This document shows, in pieces, positions 1 through 13,515 of a DNA stretch of 64,000 nucleotides (positions are counted from its first letter, which is position 1; every line of letters starts with the position of its first letter). The stretch lies in assembly GCA_951406725.2 (NCBI GenBank), contig OX597827.1, positions 51,150,001-51,214,000 on the forward strand, in the 5' to 3' direction. The DNA is from Octopus vulgaris (taxonomy: Eukaryota). The translations under genes and the position numbers were made by a program. The notes below the pieces were generated by a model. The model saw nothing but the letters and a program-made list of their open reading frames with translations. It did not search any database and was not told the DNA's origin.

Positions 1-478
1 TAAACAGCAGAAATCATGGGTACCTGAATAGGATTTTGCCCTGATAGTTGTTTTCCTATTTAATCTGTAATTAACATTCGTATCCTTAAGCTCCCAGATG
101 TATTTGATAGAGACATGGCAGTGAAGCCTGAACAAGATTTGATGCTGATAGGGATGATTATGTTGACATAATCACCTAGACATTTACACATTAGGAAGCA
201 TAGCGTCAGATGGCTGCAATTACCTTGGGATTAGTAGAGTGGTACTAGATCATTCTAAGGACAGGAGGGATGATTAACCCAAGGCAAAGTAAAACTGTAG
301 ATTATGAGAGACAAATGATTAAATTTGCTCATTGATAGAAGTTAAAGAAAAGTTATTGGTAAATAACTTCTTTGTCAAAAATTATATAATTGAAATGTTC
401 AGTAACATCAAAGTGATAGATTTATTTCATTTTTCTTACATTTCTTATGTCCTTTAGGAAGGCAAAAACATAGTATTC

Positions 479-652
479 GGCGTTCTTTCGTTTGTAGTGG
501 CACGTTTCCGTCGATGATTTCCGTAAAAAACTTATATTTTTTTACATATGGACTTGGGGGAACATTTGAAGTAATGAGAGCGAAAGAGACTAAGAGGAAG
601 CGATTTTATGACGAGGGAATTTCTTTTGAAGTTACCGAAGCATTGATGTACA

Positions 653-683
<31 letters not shown>

Positions 684-766
684 ATGTGTTTGATGGGGTG
701 TGGGAGACAGACAGTATGTTGTGTAAGTGAAGTGCTTCTGTTAGTGTGTGTGAAGAGACAGAGAGA

Positions 767-819
<53 letters not shown>

Positions 820-2227
820 TGTGTACAGTGCTCAGGTGCACTACAACTCATCTAAAGTGTATATATAATCAGGTGTAGTTTCGGCGGATTTCGGAAAGCA
901 TGAGGGCCTTAAAGGATGCAGTGTCATGGCAGTCAACAACTGACGCAGGCAGTTTATTCCATACTTCAGCAACTCTGAGCGTGAAAAAATGTTTCCGAAA
1001 GTCATGGGAGCTGTGTTGTTTTCTGACTTTGTAGGCATGTCCACATGTGTTAGACACATGGAGATCAAAAAGGTGTTCAGTGTTGTTGTTGGTGAGGTGG
1101 TTGATAACTTTGTGGGTGTTTACCAAGTCCGTCGCCAGACGCCGGAGCTTCAGTGAATCCATGCCCAGGGAAACAAGGCGCTCAGAATATGGTAGGTGTC
1201 TGATGGAGGGTATGCGTTTGGTTGCACGTCTCTGGACAGATTCCAGGAGGTCAATGTTCTGAGCAAGATAGGGGTTCCAAACTGATGATGCGAATTCCAA
1301 GTGTGGTCGTACCATAGCTGTATACAGTTTTAAATAGATGGCTGGAGAGCGGCTAACAAAAGTCTTGCTGAGTGATGCCAAGACACCCTCGGCCTTCTTG
1401 ACAATTTTGTGTGAAAGAGAGAGATAACTGAAATTTTTTACTCGGTGTATGTGTATATGTATGTATGCATGTATGTGTGTGTGTGTATGTATCTATGTAT
1501 GTGTGTGTGTATGTATGTGTGTATGTATCTATGTATGTGTGTGTGTATGTATGTATGTATGGCCGATTCAGTGTAATTTTTTACTCGGTGTATGTGTATA
1601 TGTATGTCTGCCTGTATGTGTGTGTGAGTATGTATCTATGTATGTGTGTGTGTGTAAGTATGTGTGTGTGTATATGTGTATGTATGGCCGATTCAGTGTA
1701 CACTGAATCGGCCATACATACACACACACACACATACATTCAGACATACATATACACATACACCGAGTAAATAATTACACTGAATCGGCCATACATACAT
1801 ACACACACATACATAGATACATACACACATACATACACACACACATACATAGATACATACACACACACACACATACATGCATACATACATATACACATAC
1901 ACTGAGTAAAAAATTTCAGTTATCTCTCTCTTTCACACATTACTCTCTCTGTCTCTTCACACACACTAACAGAAGCACTTCACTTACACAACATACTGTC
2001 TGTCTCCCACACCCCATCAAACACACACACACACGCGCGCACACACACACACATGTACATCAATGCTTCGGTAACTTCAAAAGAAATTCCCTCGTCATAA
2101 AATCGCTTCCTTTTAGTCTCTTTTGCTCTCATTACTTCAAATGTTCCCGCAAGCCCATATGTAAAAAAATAAAAGTTTTTTACGGAAATCATCGACGGAA
2201 ACGTGCTACTACAAACGAAAGATCGCC
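479..2227. mobile_element. Fully palindromic foldback/MITE-like element with no spacer, interrupted by a LINE fragment in the left arm
   Basis: 479-770 plus 1408-1699 is the reverse complement of 1700-2227. Termini are GGCGTTCTTTCGTTTGTAG / CTACAAACGAAAGATCGCC and the centre is the perfect palindrome GGCCGATTCAGTGTACACTGAATCGGCC. Confidence 0.85.
768..1407 (-). mobile_element. 5'-truncated CR1/L2-clade LINE 3' end with (TTA)n tail
   Basis: ORF 869-1381 has typical RT C-terminal motifs (LYTAMVRPHLEFASSVWNP, LESVQRRATK, FFTLRVAEVWNKLP). The (TAA)n run at 768-818 is the 3' microsatellite tail. Confidence 0.9.
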
Positions 2228-3239
2228 TAACCCTTTCTCCTATAAATTTCCATTTAAATGTTTTGCTTTCCTGTTAGCCATCCCAGTTCCTTAGACAATG
2301 ACATTTACGACACATTTCAGCCGTTATATAGATTGTCACGCAACCCTAAGCCAGCCTTGACCCAATAGAATTAGGTTGAAAGATGTCCCAGACGTGACCT
2401 GCCTATCTTTTCTTCTGACAGTTGATCCAAAGCTAACAGCATCGAATATATCCATCTGTGTAGGCGTTATATTTATGGTAGTTATAAGTGTCTAATTGTT
2501 TTATTTTTAGAAGAAACAACTAATTTGTAGCAATATGCATCCTCTAGACAAATCCAAATAACAACCTGGTTTCAATTCTCAGTAGAAATTCCCTTCAATT
2601 CGTTTAATCGCAAATACCTTCAGGAGAAAAGTGTGAACGTCTCAAGTTTCTTTTCTCCATCCCTAAAATTGAAGGATTCGTTTCATGACCACTTCAGAAT
2701 ATTAAAAAAATCTTATTGATAAATTTATTCGGTGCATATATTTCTTTCCAAATATCTTTGCAATCATTTACTTCAATAGATAGAAGGGAATGCAATATAC
2801 ATCTTCACCGTCGGAAATGGTATGCTCAGTCCGTCTATATATAGTGACAAAGTTTACAGTAGTAGAGGCCGATAGCAAATATAACAGTTGTCTGCAAGAA
2901 AACCTTATAGCATGTTGTTACAGTCAGAATCGCCTCATAGTTTCCCCTATTTTAGCTAAATCAAAACTAAATAACTTCATTAAAATTTACAACTCTAAAA
3001 ATTTCCTAAATTATATTCCGTTAAAGTTCAGAAGTAAGAATCGTTAATTAAATCGCCCAAGGCGCTTGTATTTGTTGTATTATCTGCCCCTGTGTTTATA
3101 CCAACACTCAACTGATTACCAGCTTCGGACACTGTTTATCTTCAGCCTGTGCTCCCTATTATAGCCACGATCGCTCCTCGCATTTTTACCTCATTCATAA
3201 TCTATGCAAAAGTTTTTTTGTATATTATCTATCTACTGC

Positions 3240-3313
3240 CACAGAATCACATCGTATAATGTAAATTATAGAATGTTGCAAGGACGATTAAAAAAAAAGG
3301 GGGACTGCGAAAG
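3240..3313 (+). other. Putative first (5'UTR) exon of the zinc-finger gene at 15172
   Basis: Strong donor CGAAAG|GTAAGC at 3313/3314 in a CpG-containing non-repetitive region. Candidate acceptor TTTCCTCTTCATTCTTCAG| at 14689. The exon start is a guess. Confidence 0.35.
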
Positions 3314-4529
3314 GTAAGCAAAATGTTTCAGATTGTGAAATGGGGTATCCCTTGTTTCCTCGACATCATATCTTTTATACTAGCTATAAAGCTTCAGTTT
3401 CCTTTTGTATTGTGGAAAAATCAATCTTTTTTTTTTCCTCCATACTTTCTCCGTTTCTTTTTGTTTATTATTTCGATACATTAAATATTCTAAAAAAAAA
3501 GAATATTTTAATTATTTAAAATTTTTATTGCGATTCCTTATTTCTCCTCATTATTCCCACATTTTCCTTTCTTTTATATGCACGTCAACCAGCTTCCACC
3601 CCAGCAAGTCATTTTAGCGACAATCTACTACAAGAAACTTATCTACCTAAGGAGACTCACGTCATCTTTCTGTCCATTACTTTCTCCCATCAATCTGTCC
3701 TCCACTCGCCATTCGTTTACTCTTCATTCTTTCTTATCGCTGCCAGCCTGACTGGCTTCATTTACCAGTCTAGGCCTCCTGCAGAGCTAGAGGAGACCAG
3801 AACCATCTATGTGGACATTGTTCTTGCTTCTCGCGCTTTTCTTCCACATGTCTATTGTTTAAACTCGAAGGTAATACTACCTTCATCCAAGTCATTTTTA
3901 TATATGTACCTGGACATTCCAACCCTTTATGACACTCTTTATTATTTACGTGCTCTCCTCTCACTCATATACATGCAATCGTACGTATGTACGTATATAA
4001 TTCTACATTGATGTAGCGATGTAGTGGTCATCCTGTTTTACAAAATGGAAAATGGGAAAATGGTCTGGCCGAAATAACCGCCTCCACCCTCATATCGTTT
4101 CCACATTAGCTAGTTGCATTACACTATTCCAGCATCCTATGATCATAATTTAGTTAAGTTCCAACTTTGTCATTTTATTTGGGAATTTCATCATTCTCAA
4201 ATGTTTTACACTGATTCCACATAATATTAAGGCACGTATATATATATATATAGGACATTTTTACCCTTCACCAACACTTACACGTGCGTGAATACACATG
4301 CACATATGTGATGTGTGTGTATTCATGTATGCATATATAAATATGTATGTATAGATTTATATTTGTATGTACATACATTCACACACACACACATGAATAT
4401 ATACACGTATTTAGTGTATGTATTTATATATGTGTATATGTATGCATGTGTGTGTGTGTATTTATATATATATATATGTTTCTCCATTCTCTAATTTTGT
4501 AGTATATATATATATATATATATATATAG

Positions 4530-5560
4530 GGAGAGAGGGATCCAGAAAGACAAGAGATGAAGTAGTGAAGGCTGATCTGAAGATGCTTAACCTCACAGAG
4601 GAAATGACAAAGGTGATTGGCGATTTTCAGTGCTCAAGAAGACCCCTCTATTGCAGCAAAAATGAGGACATGAAAGCATTTTGTTTGCTTGTACGGGCTA
4701 GACCCTACCCCTACACCCATTCTGACCTATCAAGCGTTACCCATACCTTATCTCTACCACAGCTCTATCTGTGGTACTACTCGGTTGCTGTAATCACTTG
4801 AGAGCATATACTGCATCCCTCCCCATGATTTTTTTACACTACCAGTTACCATTTTCTGAAACCACTTCCATCCCTTCCCACACTATTTTCACAGATCACT
4901 TTTCTGTGCCTACAATTATCACTTCCTCTCCTCATCCTTAACCCTCTCATATCTGCTATCATTCCCAACACCCTCTTATTTCCACCATCAAACCCCACTG
5001 CTGGCCTTATGTACCTTTACATCTCCTACACTTTACACATCATCCCCATACTTTCTGATCTATCCATTTTCTTGAGCTATCTCTCTCACCTTACCTGCAG
5101 CTCCATCCTTGTTTATCACTTACTACATTCACTTCTACCTGCTCTCTTCCCCCAATTTTGATTCACTGTCTATGTCCTCTCTCATGTTCAGCTTCTTGTA
5201 CCTCGAGAGTTCGCTCTGGTACCACATCATTACCATCTTTATCTTCTTCCCTGCTACTCCCATCCGCCCTTATATAATGCAGGGTAGCCATGTTTTTCCA
5301 CTGTAGCAAGTCACTTGTGCTTGTCCCTTTTTCATACTCTTGACACCTGGCTAAACTCCACCTCCTCCTCTCAAATGCACCCTTGCCACTTAGTCCAGAG
5401 TGCTTTATCTTTTTCTTTTGCTATTGTGCAAGTTACTTAGTGACTCCCACTTGTGCTAGTGACATGAAAAAAAAGCACCCAGTATAGATTGTAAAGCAGT
5501 TAGTATTAAGAAGGGCATCTAGTTGTAGGAACCATGCCAAAACAGACACTAGAAAGCAGA
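4530..5560 (+). mobile_element. Degenerate RTE-derived retroelement 3' region
   Basis: GSRKTRDEVVKADLKMLNLTEEMT resembles the RTE RT C-terminus. It is followed by a pyrimidine-rich tract and a tail shared with other copies (e.g. 44280-44585). Confidence 0.55.
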
Positions 5561-5675
5561 TTGTAAATGATTATGATGATGATTTTATATATAAATAAAT
5601 AAATATATATTTATATGCACACACATATACATACAGGTGACAGTTCTAAGCTGTGATGTGTATAATTACAGACTT

Positions 5676-6580
5676 GTCACCAGTTCAAATATGCCTCGAG
5701 CATATTTGATCCGTTAAGAAAGTCATTCACTGTATTTTGTCATAGAGAAAATTTCTCTCTATAGACAAATGGGTGTAAATACACCGAGTCAGCTCACAGC
5801 ACCATCTCCTCTTCAGCTACAGAGACTGGAAAGAGAGGCTCTGCAAACTAATACAAGAGACTGGTCTCTCTTATGATATTCCCATCATCAGTCAATGTCT
5901 GGTTGCATTATGCAGTGGCTCGCCCTAAATTAAATATGGGGTGACAAGCCATTGAATAGTGCAACCAGTCATTGAACAATGACAGGAATATCATAAGAGG
6001 GCTCAATCTCTCATGTCATCTTACAGAATCTCCCTTTCCAGTCTCTATGGCAGAAGAGGAGATAAACACTCTGAAATGCATGCATCCCACAGTCTGGTTA
6101 AGTGGTACTGTGAGCTAACTCAGTGTATTTACTCCCATTTGTGTACAGCAGGGGTTCTCAATCATTTTTATCTATGGACCCTTTTCATTAAAATTTTATT
6201 CTTGTGGGACCCCATAGCCATTCAATGTTTAAAACCTAGTTTTATAGAAATTTCTTTCAAAATTCCTATCTTATTTTCCCCACATTAAACTAGTGTAGGT
6301 TGTACTATGTAAAATGTTAGAGAAAGAAACCTAGCAGTTTCTTCCAATAAATACATCTAAAGCAAAATTTTTTTCAGGGGCCCTTAAATTACTATTGTGA
6401 ATCCTTAATTTACTATTTTGCTGTGTGGACCCCCAAAAATCGTATATGGACTCTCGGGGGCCAAATTGACCCTGGTTGAGAACCACTGGTCTACAGCAAA
6501 AAATTTTCTCTGTGGCAAAATACAGTAAATGTCTTTCTTATGGGTCTGAATATAATATGCCTTAAGTTTATTTGAACTGG

Positions 6581-6585
<5 letters not shown>
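5676..6585. mobile_element. Old TIR element with about 90 bp imperfect inverted repeats, containing a nested hAT MITE
   Basis: TGTCACCAGTTCAAAT...CTGTATTTTGTCATAGAGAAAATTT (5676-5765) is inverse to AAATTTTCTCTGTGGCAAAATACAG...TTTGAACTGGCAACA (6500-6585). Confidence 0.55.
6149..6488. mobile_element. hAT-type MITE
   Basis: TIRs CAGGGGTTCTCAA / TTGAGAACCACTG. 8-bp TSD GTGTACAG / GTCTACAG with one mismatch. Second copy at 27747-28338. Confidence 0.8.
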
Positions 6586-6877
<292 letters not shown>

Positions 6878-7639
6878 TCAGCCGAAATTGCGAGGATGAT
6901 CCGGTTCTTGACTGAAGAATGAAGGCTTCGAATGTCCCGTCCGTGTTTTTTGTATCGTCTTCTAAATGTTTTGCGTTCTTGTCCCAGTTTGTATTTTTTT
7001 ACATATACAGAAATATATATATATATATCAGTCTGACAATGGCTTAGCTGGCCAAAACTTTGAAGTCATTGCCAACAATATTCTTATATAAGAATAAATT
7101 TGTACTCCACCAAAGTACAGAGTAACTTATCAGATTAATGTAAAATTGTATAAATATCTGTGTGTATGTGTGTGTGCCTCCTTGTCTTGACACTGTGCAA
7201 TAGTTGTAAATGAATGTCACAATACATGTGAGAATATTAATGTATTTAGGAAAGAGCGACAGTTTGTGACAGGAGAGACATCCAGCTGTGGAAAGTCTGT
7301 CTCAATGAATTCCAGCTGACCCATGCAAGAATTGAAAAAGGGATGTTTAAAATGATATGTGTGCGTATCATCATCATCATCATCGTTTGATGTCATATAT
7401 AGATAGATACACACACACACACATTGTGTTCTTGAGCAAAACACACTATTTCATGTTGCTCTGCAATTATTTCATCATCTAATATGTGGCACGTCATGCA
7501 CCTGTATAGATAATGTTGATTTGATGGAGGGAGTGAGCTTATGTGAGTACAAACATTTGATCACTGTAAACAAATCAACTATATGGTTAAGTTAAGTTAA
7601 TTTGGCTCAAAGCAAGGCCATGTAGGGGGACATTGAGTT

Positions 7640-7950
7640 ATGTACAGGGTGGTGTTCATGCAAAGAGTTCAGGCCATTTCTGGTCAAGAGAGACCTTGAA
7701 CCGAGTGGTCGTCGGCATCTTCACTATCTTGTCTGGCAGCTTATTCCACGGGTCCGCAACCCGGACGGAGAAAGCCCCTCTCCGATTGAGATGAAATCGT
7801 TGCAGATAGAGCTTTTCGGAGTGACCCCGCAGCCGACACTCTGGAGCAGGAGTGAAGAACAGCTCTTTCGAGAGGTTACACTTTCCGCTTATGATGTTGT
7901 GAGCAAGAATGAGATCAACAAGAAATTGCAGAACTCACGTTGTCTAACGA
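7640..7950 (-). mobile_element. CR1/L2-type LINE 3' fragment
   Basis: The minus strand reads NRRGAFSVRVADPWNKLPDKIVKMPTTTRFK, a typical LINE RT C-terminal motif. Confidence 0.7.
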
Positions 7951-8504
7951 TGAGAGAGTTCATGATGATAATTATCATTTTTTACTTGTTTTCATTGGAC
8001 TGTAGGTCTGCTGAGGCACCTTCTTGAAACATTTAGTCAAACTTATCAGCCTAGTGCTTATTCTATCAGTCACTCTTGGTAAACCACTAGGTTATGGGAC
8101 ATTAACAAATTAGCACCAGTTGTCCAGCAATGGTGGGGGATGTGTGTGTGTGTGTGTGTAATCACCATCATCCTTATTTAACATCTGTCTAACTCATGCA
8201 GGCATGGGTTAAATAGTTCAACAGAAAAGGATGAGCCAGAGGACTGCGTTGAGCTCCAGTGCCTTCTTAGGCATGTTTTCCACTGGTGAATGTCTTTCCT
8301 AATGCCAACCACAGAGTGTACCAGGTACATTTTTCATGGTACCAGCACTTGTGAGATCGTCAAGTAACTCAGAAAACAAGACCCCTTGGTCAAATGGAGG
8401 AGGCTGCAGTATTGTGGGAAGTGGCTTCGTGCCAAGTGCAGAGAGTCTAAACTATAATAGAGTAACAGGAGCTGGTATCTTGCTGTAGAGAAAATACATG
8501 GCTA

Positions 8505-8780
8505 TCATCATCATCATCATCATTTAACGTCCGCTTTCCATGCTGGCATGGGTTGGACAGTTCAACTGGGGTCTGGGAAGCCAGACGGCTGCACCAGGCC
8601 CAGTCTGATCTGGAATGTTTCTACAGCTGGATGTCCTTCCTAACGCCAACCACTCAGTGAGTGTAGTGGGTGCTTTTTACGTGCCAGACGAAGCTGGCAA
8701 ACGGCCACGATTGGATGGTGCTTTTTACGTGCCACCGGCACAGGGACCAGACAAAGCTGGTAACGGCCACGGTCGGATGG
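8505..8780 (-). mobile_element. RTE-tail SINE/non-autonomous retroelement with (GAT)n tail
   Basis: (CAT)n-TTTAACGTCCGCTTTCCATGCTGGCATGGGTTGGAC...CTACAGCTGGATG.CCTTCCTAACGCCAACCACTC. Copies at 12330-12595, 18678-18895, 37680-37800 and 58538-58755. Confidence 0.8.
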
Positions 8781-8978
8781 TGCCCCAGGGGGAAATGGAG
8801 AAAGGATAGTAGCAATGGAGGTATCAGGGCATACCCCCAAGGTACAAAAAAGTGGATAAAAAGATAACAGGAGTGTTGAAGAGGGCTGTGTGGACAGGCT
8901 TTTGAAAGTGAAGGAGAGTGACAGACAGAGATGTGAATGCAGTGGATGATGAACATGATCTATGTTTGCATGCACAGC

Positions 8979-9199
8979 TTAACCCTTTTGGTACCAGCCA
9001 CCCAAGATTACACCAGATTCTATGATACAAACATACTGTTTTAAGGTCATCTAAATTAAAAGGTTCCTCTAAAGTTTCTGTTAATTTATGCTCAAACACC
9101 AGCTTAATAATGACAAGATTATTTTACTAAATTGTTCATTACTTTCAAAATTAACTTAAACAAAGGCAGTGAATTTTAGCAGAAATATCGTAGCAAGGA
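8979..9199. mobile_element. piggyBac-like MITE (degenerate)
   Basis: Starts TTAA-CCCTTTT. Homologous copies at about 11683-11908 and, inverted, 31487-31708 ending AAAAGGATTAA. Confidence 0.5.
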
Positions 9200-9328
9200 C
9201 CTACACGTATACATTTATGAATTTAATAATTGACAATTTGAGAGCCTTTAGATATATGCATGTGAGCAAATATTTGGATGTACAAAAAATATGTGCACAC
9301 ACCTATTTATAATAATTTTATATATATA

Positions 9329-9625
9329 CTAGCAGTATCACCCGGTGTTGCTTGGGTTTGTTTCAACCCTTTAGAATTGGAATTTTTGAAAAGTAAAAAT
9401 TTTGCATTATGCAACTTGTTACTCTCTTCAAGTGAACATTTTTCCAGTTGAAATACACCGAAAAATGGTGACACAGCAGTCAAAAATCGTAAAAAATAGG
9501 GATTTTCATAGAAAAAAAAGCACCTTTTTGATGTAAATAATTTTTGGTGTTAACATGGTCCGATTTGAATTTTATCCAAAAGTTAAACACACAGACACAC
9601 AAGTTGAGTTTTATATATAGAGAGA
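9329..9625 (-). mobile_element. Non-autonomous Helitron
   Basis: On the minus strand: 5' TC start, 3' subterminal hairpin (CCCAAGCAACACCGGG), CTAG end, inserted between A and T. Same termini as 34353-34739. Confidence 0.75.
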
Positions 9626-9989
9626 TATGTAAATTATTTACTTGTTTTTAAGTTACAAAGCAAATTGCTGGGCTATTAGAGTTTTCTTATTGTTAAATAA
9701 AATTTCATCAAACGATTTCTCTGTCATTTATGACTTGATATATATATATATTTATTTATATATATAGACGTGTGTGTGTGCGTGCGTGCAAGTATATGCG
9801 TATAGACGTGTTTTATTGCTTATTTTTTCCACTTTTTTTTTTTACACATTTTTCTGTATTTTGCCTTTAGCCTGGTTTTTTCTTGTGCATGTGCATATAT
9901 AGATGTGTGTATGAACCTTGTTTTTTGGTCATTGTATGTCTACTATGTAGGTTTACACATATCATTCCATTTTCTCTGCCCACTATTCC

Positions 9990-10801
9990 TGTGTCATAGG
10001 GGTTAGAGTTCTCAAACATCTCCATAGAGTCCTATTAGAAAACCAATTTTACACTTTCCAGCTGGATTCTGAGTGTGTCCAACTGAAGCAATCTATCCCT
10101 AGGTCTTCTACCTGTTGACTTGGCTTGACGAATCCATCTTTCCTTTGACATTCTAATCACATGCCCCTAGTACTAGAGCTGTGATCTCTCAGTTTAGGAG
10201 AGTAGCAGTTTTATCTGGAGAAACTTCTTGATCTCTGAGCACCTCACCCTACTGACAAGTAATGTTCCTCCAGAGATCCTTTGAAGGACCCCCATTTTGA
10301 CTGCTTGTATCCACAATTACACTCTTGATCATTACCTAATATTCATGATGATAGAGTGAGGATATGCACAGAAACCAAATTGAAGAGAGCAAGTTTAGCT
10401 TTTTTTATCAACCTTTTGCCTTCTGAGGAGCGGATGCTGGAGCTGGTACATTATTGTACCAGCACCTTCAATTCTAGCATCCATTTCATCCTCTGCTTCT
10501 TATCACTCATGAATACAGGCTTTCTACACCTAAACTTCTCCCCTTACCTAAATGATGCTCCACTAATACGTAGAACATAATGAGAAAACTCTCTTGAGAG
10601 AACAAATGTCTTATCCCTGCTTTGCAGCACTTGGCAGCAAACCCATTCAATGCATGCTGGAAATCACCTTCTAATGAGCCAAGAAGCACCATGTTGTCTT
10701 GCTGATCAATGCTACACCCACTGATTGTGATACCACTTCCACAACAACTGCACATGTCAATCTAGTTCAAAAAATTATATGACTTAATCTTTCTGTCTCT
10801 G

Positions 10802-10841
<40 letters not shown>

Positions 10842-10985
10842 CACACACACACACACACAGTAAGTGATCCAGGTCTCTGAGCCATAAAGAAGGGTGGTGA
10901 GAACCACGGCCCTGTAGACACTGATCTTTGTTTTGTTCTTCAGGTTATTATTGTGCCAAACACGTTTGTACAATCTGCCAAAGGA
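9990..10985 (-). mobile_element. Degenerate RTE LINE RT fragments
   Basis: RVWHNNNLKNKTKISVYRAVVLTTLLYGSETW at 10861-10973, with further decayed RT C-terminal motifs at lower coordinates (downstream on the minus strand). Confidence 0.7.
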
Positions 10986-12329
10986 CCTATTTGCCTTAGA
11001 GAATCTATTTTCAATTTATATATTTTATACACACACACGCACAACTTCAGAGCAAAACATCTTATTGCAGTTCACCTGCATTTAGCATCTCTGACTTTCA
11101 CTCACTCCCACCCCATTTGTTGTTTTAGTTTCCTTCATTTCAAATACAAAAGACAAGCAGAACAACTAAGTAGAGGCGTTGTGTTAGCAAGAAAGTGAAA
11201 ACATTGTGAGAGAAATGCAAAAATTAAACAGAACTCCAGCTCATGTCGAAGTATAAACCTTATAAATTGGAAGAAATTCAACAGCTTCAAATGCTGAAGT
11301 GTTACAGAAAATAAAGTATATATAGATACAGAGTATATTATATGCAGTGCTGGTAACATTTACTTAGAAATATTGGAAGTTGAGGCAAAATAAAATTAAG
11401 ACTCTCCCCTGAATTAAAATTTTATGATCAACATTTTATAAGAGAAGTAAGAAAATATTAACTTGACAAAAAAAATGTTTTTCTGAACAGATTGTATGGG
11501 ATAATATATGTGAAATTTTGTGTTTATGATTCCTATATTTTGAATGCATATACATATTTTGTTTTTAAATAAAGAAAGGTTTAAGGCCTGTAAAAGTTCA
11601 TCCTTCCCATCTTGTATGAAAAGTGGGGCACATCTCTCTATCCATCTCAGGATGTAAATCCTTGCTACCCTTAAATTTTCTTCACCCTTTCATTACCAAC
11701 CCAGCTGAAACTGGCTCTGGCTCTGAATACAAATGTCTTGATGGCATAAGTTTTGAATTAAAATTTTCCACCAAAACCTTAGTCACACTTTATGTTCCTA
11801 ACACCAGCTGAATGATAACTAAGTTATTTTACTAAATTCTTTGTTATAATTAAAGTAATTGAAAGAAACACAGAGCATCTCAGAATAAATACAGTAACGA
11901 AAGGCTGACCAGATATAATCTATCTAAGAATTAACAGTTAATCTTCAGGTATGGTATATTTACATCCCGGCTGTAAATTGTTTCTCCCAGTGAGTAAATT
12001 TACCTGTATTTAAGAATTACTATCCCATAAAATTATTGTTATTTCTTGAGAAACTGGAGATTGTCTTGGTTTCACTATTAGACTAGTAATCTATCCTCTG
12101 TACATAGAATTTTTAATCATCAGTGATCAAAGTTTCTTCTGTGTATGCAGACACACCAAAGCTAAGCTAATGAGTACAAATCCCTAACATCAGTGTTGGA
12201 TTGATGAAGCATTTAAAATGGTATTATTTACTATTTTTTGTGAGATATCTCTGAAATCATTTGTTAATATAGACAACATTACTGTAATATGTTTAAAACA
12301 TACAGCTAATACAATTATTGAATGAAAAA

Positions 12330-12595
12330 AAAAAGCATTCAAGCGAGGTTGTTGCCAGTGCCACTGGACTGGCTCTTGTGCAGGTGGCACATAAAAAGCA
12401 CCATTTGAGTGTGGCCATTGCCAGTACCACCTAACTGGCCCTCATGTCGGTGGCACATAGAAGTACCCACTACACTCTCGCAGTGGTTGGCGTTAGGAAG
12501 AGCATCCAGCTGTAGAAACTCTGCTAGACCTCAGTCAAATCATCCAACACATGCTAGCATGGAAAGCGGATGTTAAACGATGATGTTGATGATGA
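12330..12595 (+). mobile_element. RTE-tail SINE copy
   Basis: Reverse-complement homolog of 8505-8780, ending in a (GAT)n tail. Confidence 0.75.
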
Positions 12596-13282
12596 AACAG
12601 ATCTTTTCTTTATGTATAGAGAATTTTTCCTACAATTCTTCTATTGCATGTAATATTTAAAGTATTTTACATTTTCATTTTTATTAACAATGGATTATAT
12701 TAGATTTATGCCTTAATGTATATCTCCTGCCAATTTAATAACTTCAACCAGCTACCATTCTTCAGTTCTGCAATGGTATTGTCATCTGCAGTAAGAAACT
12801 CCCTCCATTTTGGATTTTGTAAAGATTTCTGCCCTAGGACGGAAACAGAGAGCATAGAAAAACTCTTACATGTCTACATGATTTCATAATGTTTCATAGA
12901 ACTAAGTTAACTTATTTGCAAAAGTAAACTCTTTAGCACAAATTACACAAATTATCATACAGGTGGGTCCCAAAATGCTGTATGGTTAAGAAGTTCCCCA
13001 TATCACAACTACACGGCTCTGGGTATGATCCCATTGTACACCACTTTCATTAAGTGTCTCCTATAGCCTTGAGCTGACTTATAACTTGTGAGTGAAATTT
13101 GGTTGACAGACACTGTACCTATTGTGTATATGTGTGTGTGTGGCTGTGTTTATGTTATGTCCCGTAACTTGATCATTCAACAAATAGATATAAATATAAT
13201 TAAAACCCCATCTGTAAGTAATTTATTAAAACCTTATCTATATGATAGATTGAACTCTTGAAGGTGGTATTCTAGCATGGCA

Positions 13283-13515
13283 AGGCAGCGAGCTGGCAGA
13301 AACGTTAGCACGATGGGCGAAATGCGTAGCCATATTTCGTCTGCCGTTACGTTCAGAGTTCAAATTCTGCCAAGGTCGACTTTACCTTTCATTCTTTCGG
13401 GGTCGATAAATTAAGTGCCAGTTACGCACTGGGGTGGATAAAATCGACTTAATCCGTTTGTCTGTTCTTGTTTGTCCCCTCTATGTTTAGCCCCTTGTGG
13501 GTAGTAAAGAAATGG
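13283..13515 (+). mobile_element. tRNA-derived SINE, family A
   Basis: Head GGCAGCGAGCTGGCAGAAACGTTAGC with B-box GAGTTCAAATTC, central CTTTCGGGGTCGATAAATTAAGT. Many copies in the window. Confidence 0.85.

Noticed and set aside
1426-1790. Recurring GGCCGATTCAGTGTA / TTTACTCGGTG units resembling a CRISPR array
   Set aside because: The spacers are microsatellite, the units are mirrored within a palindrome, the context is eukaryotic and there are no cas genes.
1449-1902. Many short ORFs rich in C/V/Y/M/H/T (also at 6619-6915, 48454-48685, 52699-53034, 55078-55474)
   Set aside because: These are translations of microsatellites.
6908-6945. CUGAAGA...CGAA possible hammerhead
   Set aside because: No GAAA-stem III-UH and no convincing stem I, so the topology cannot be completed.
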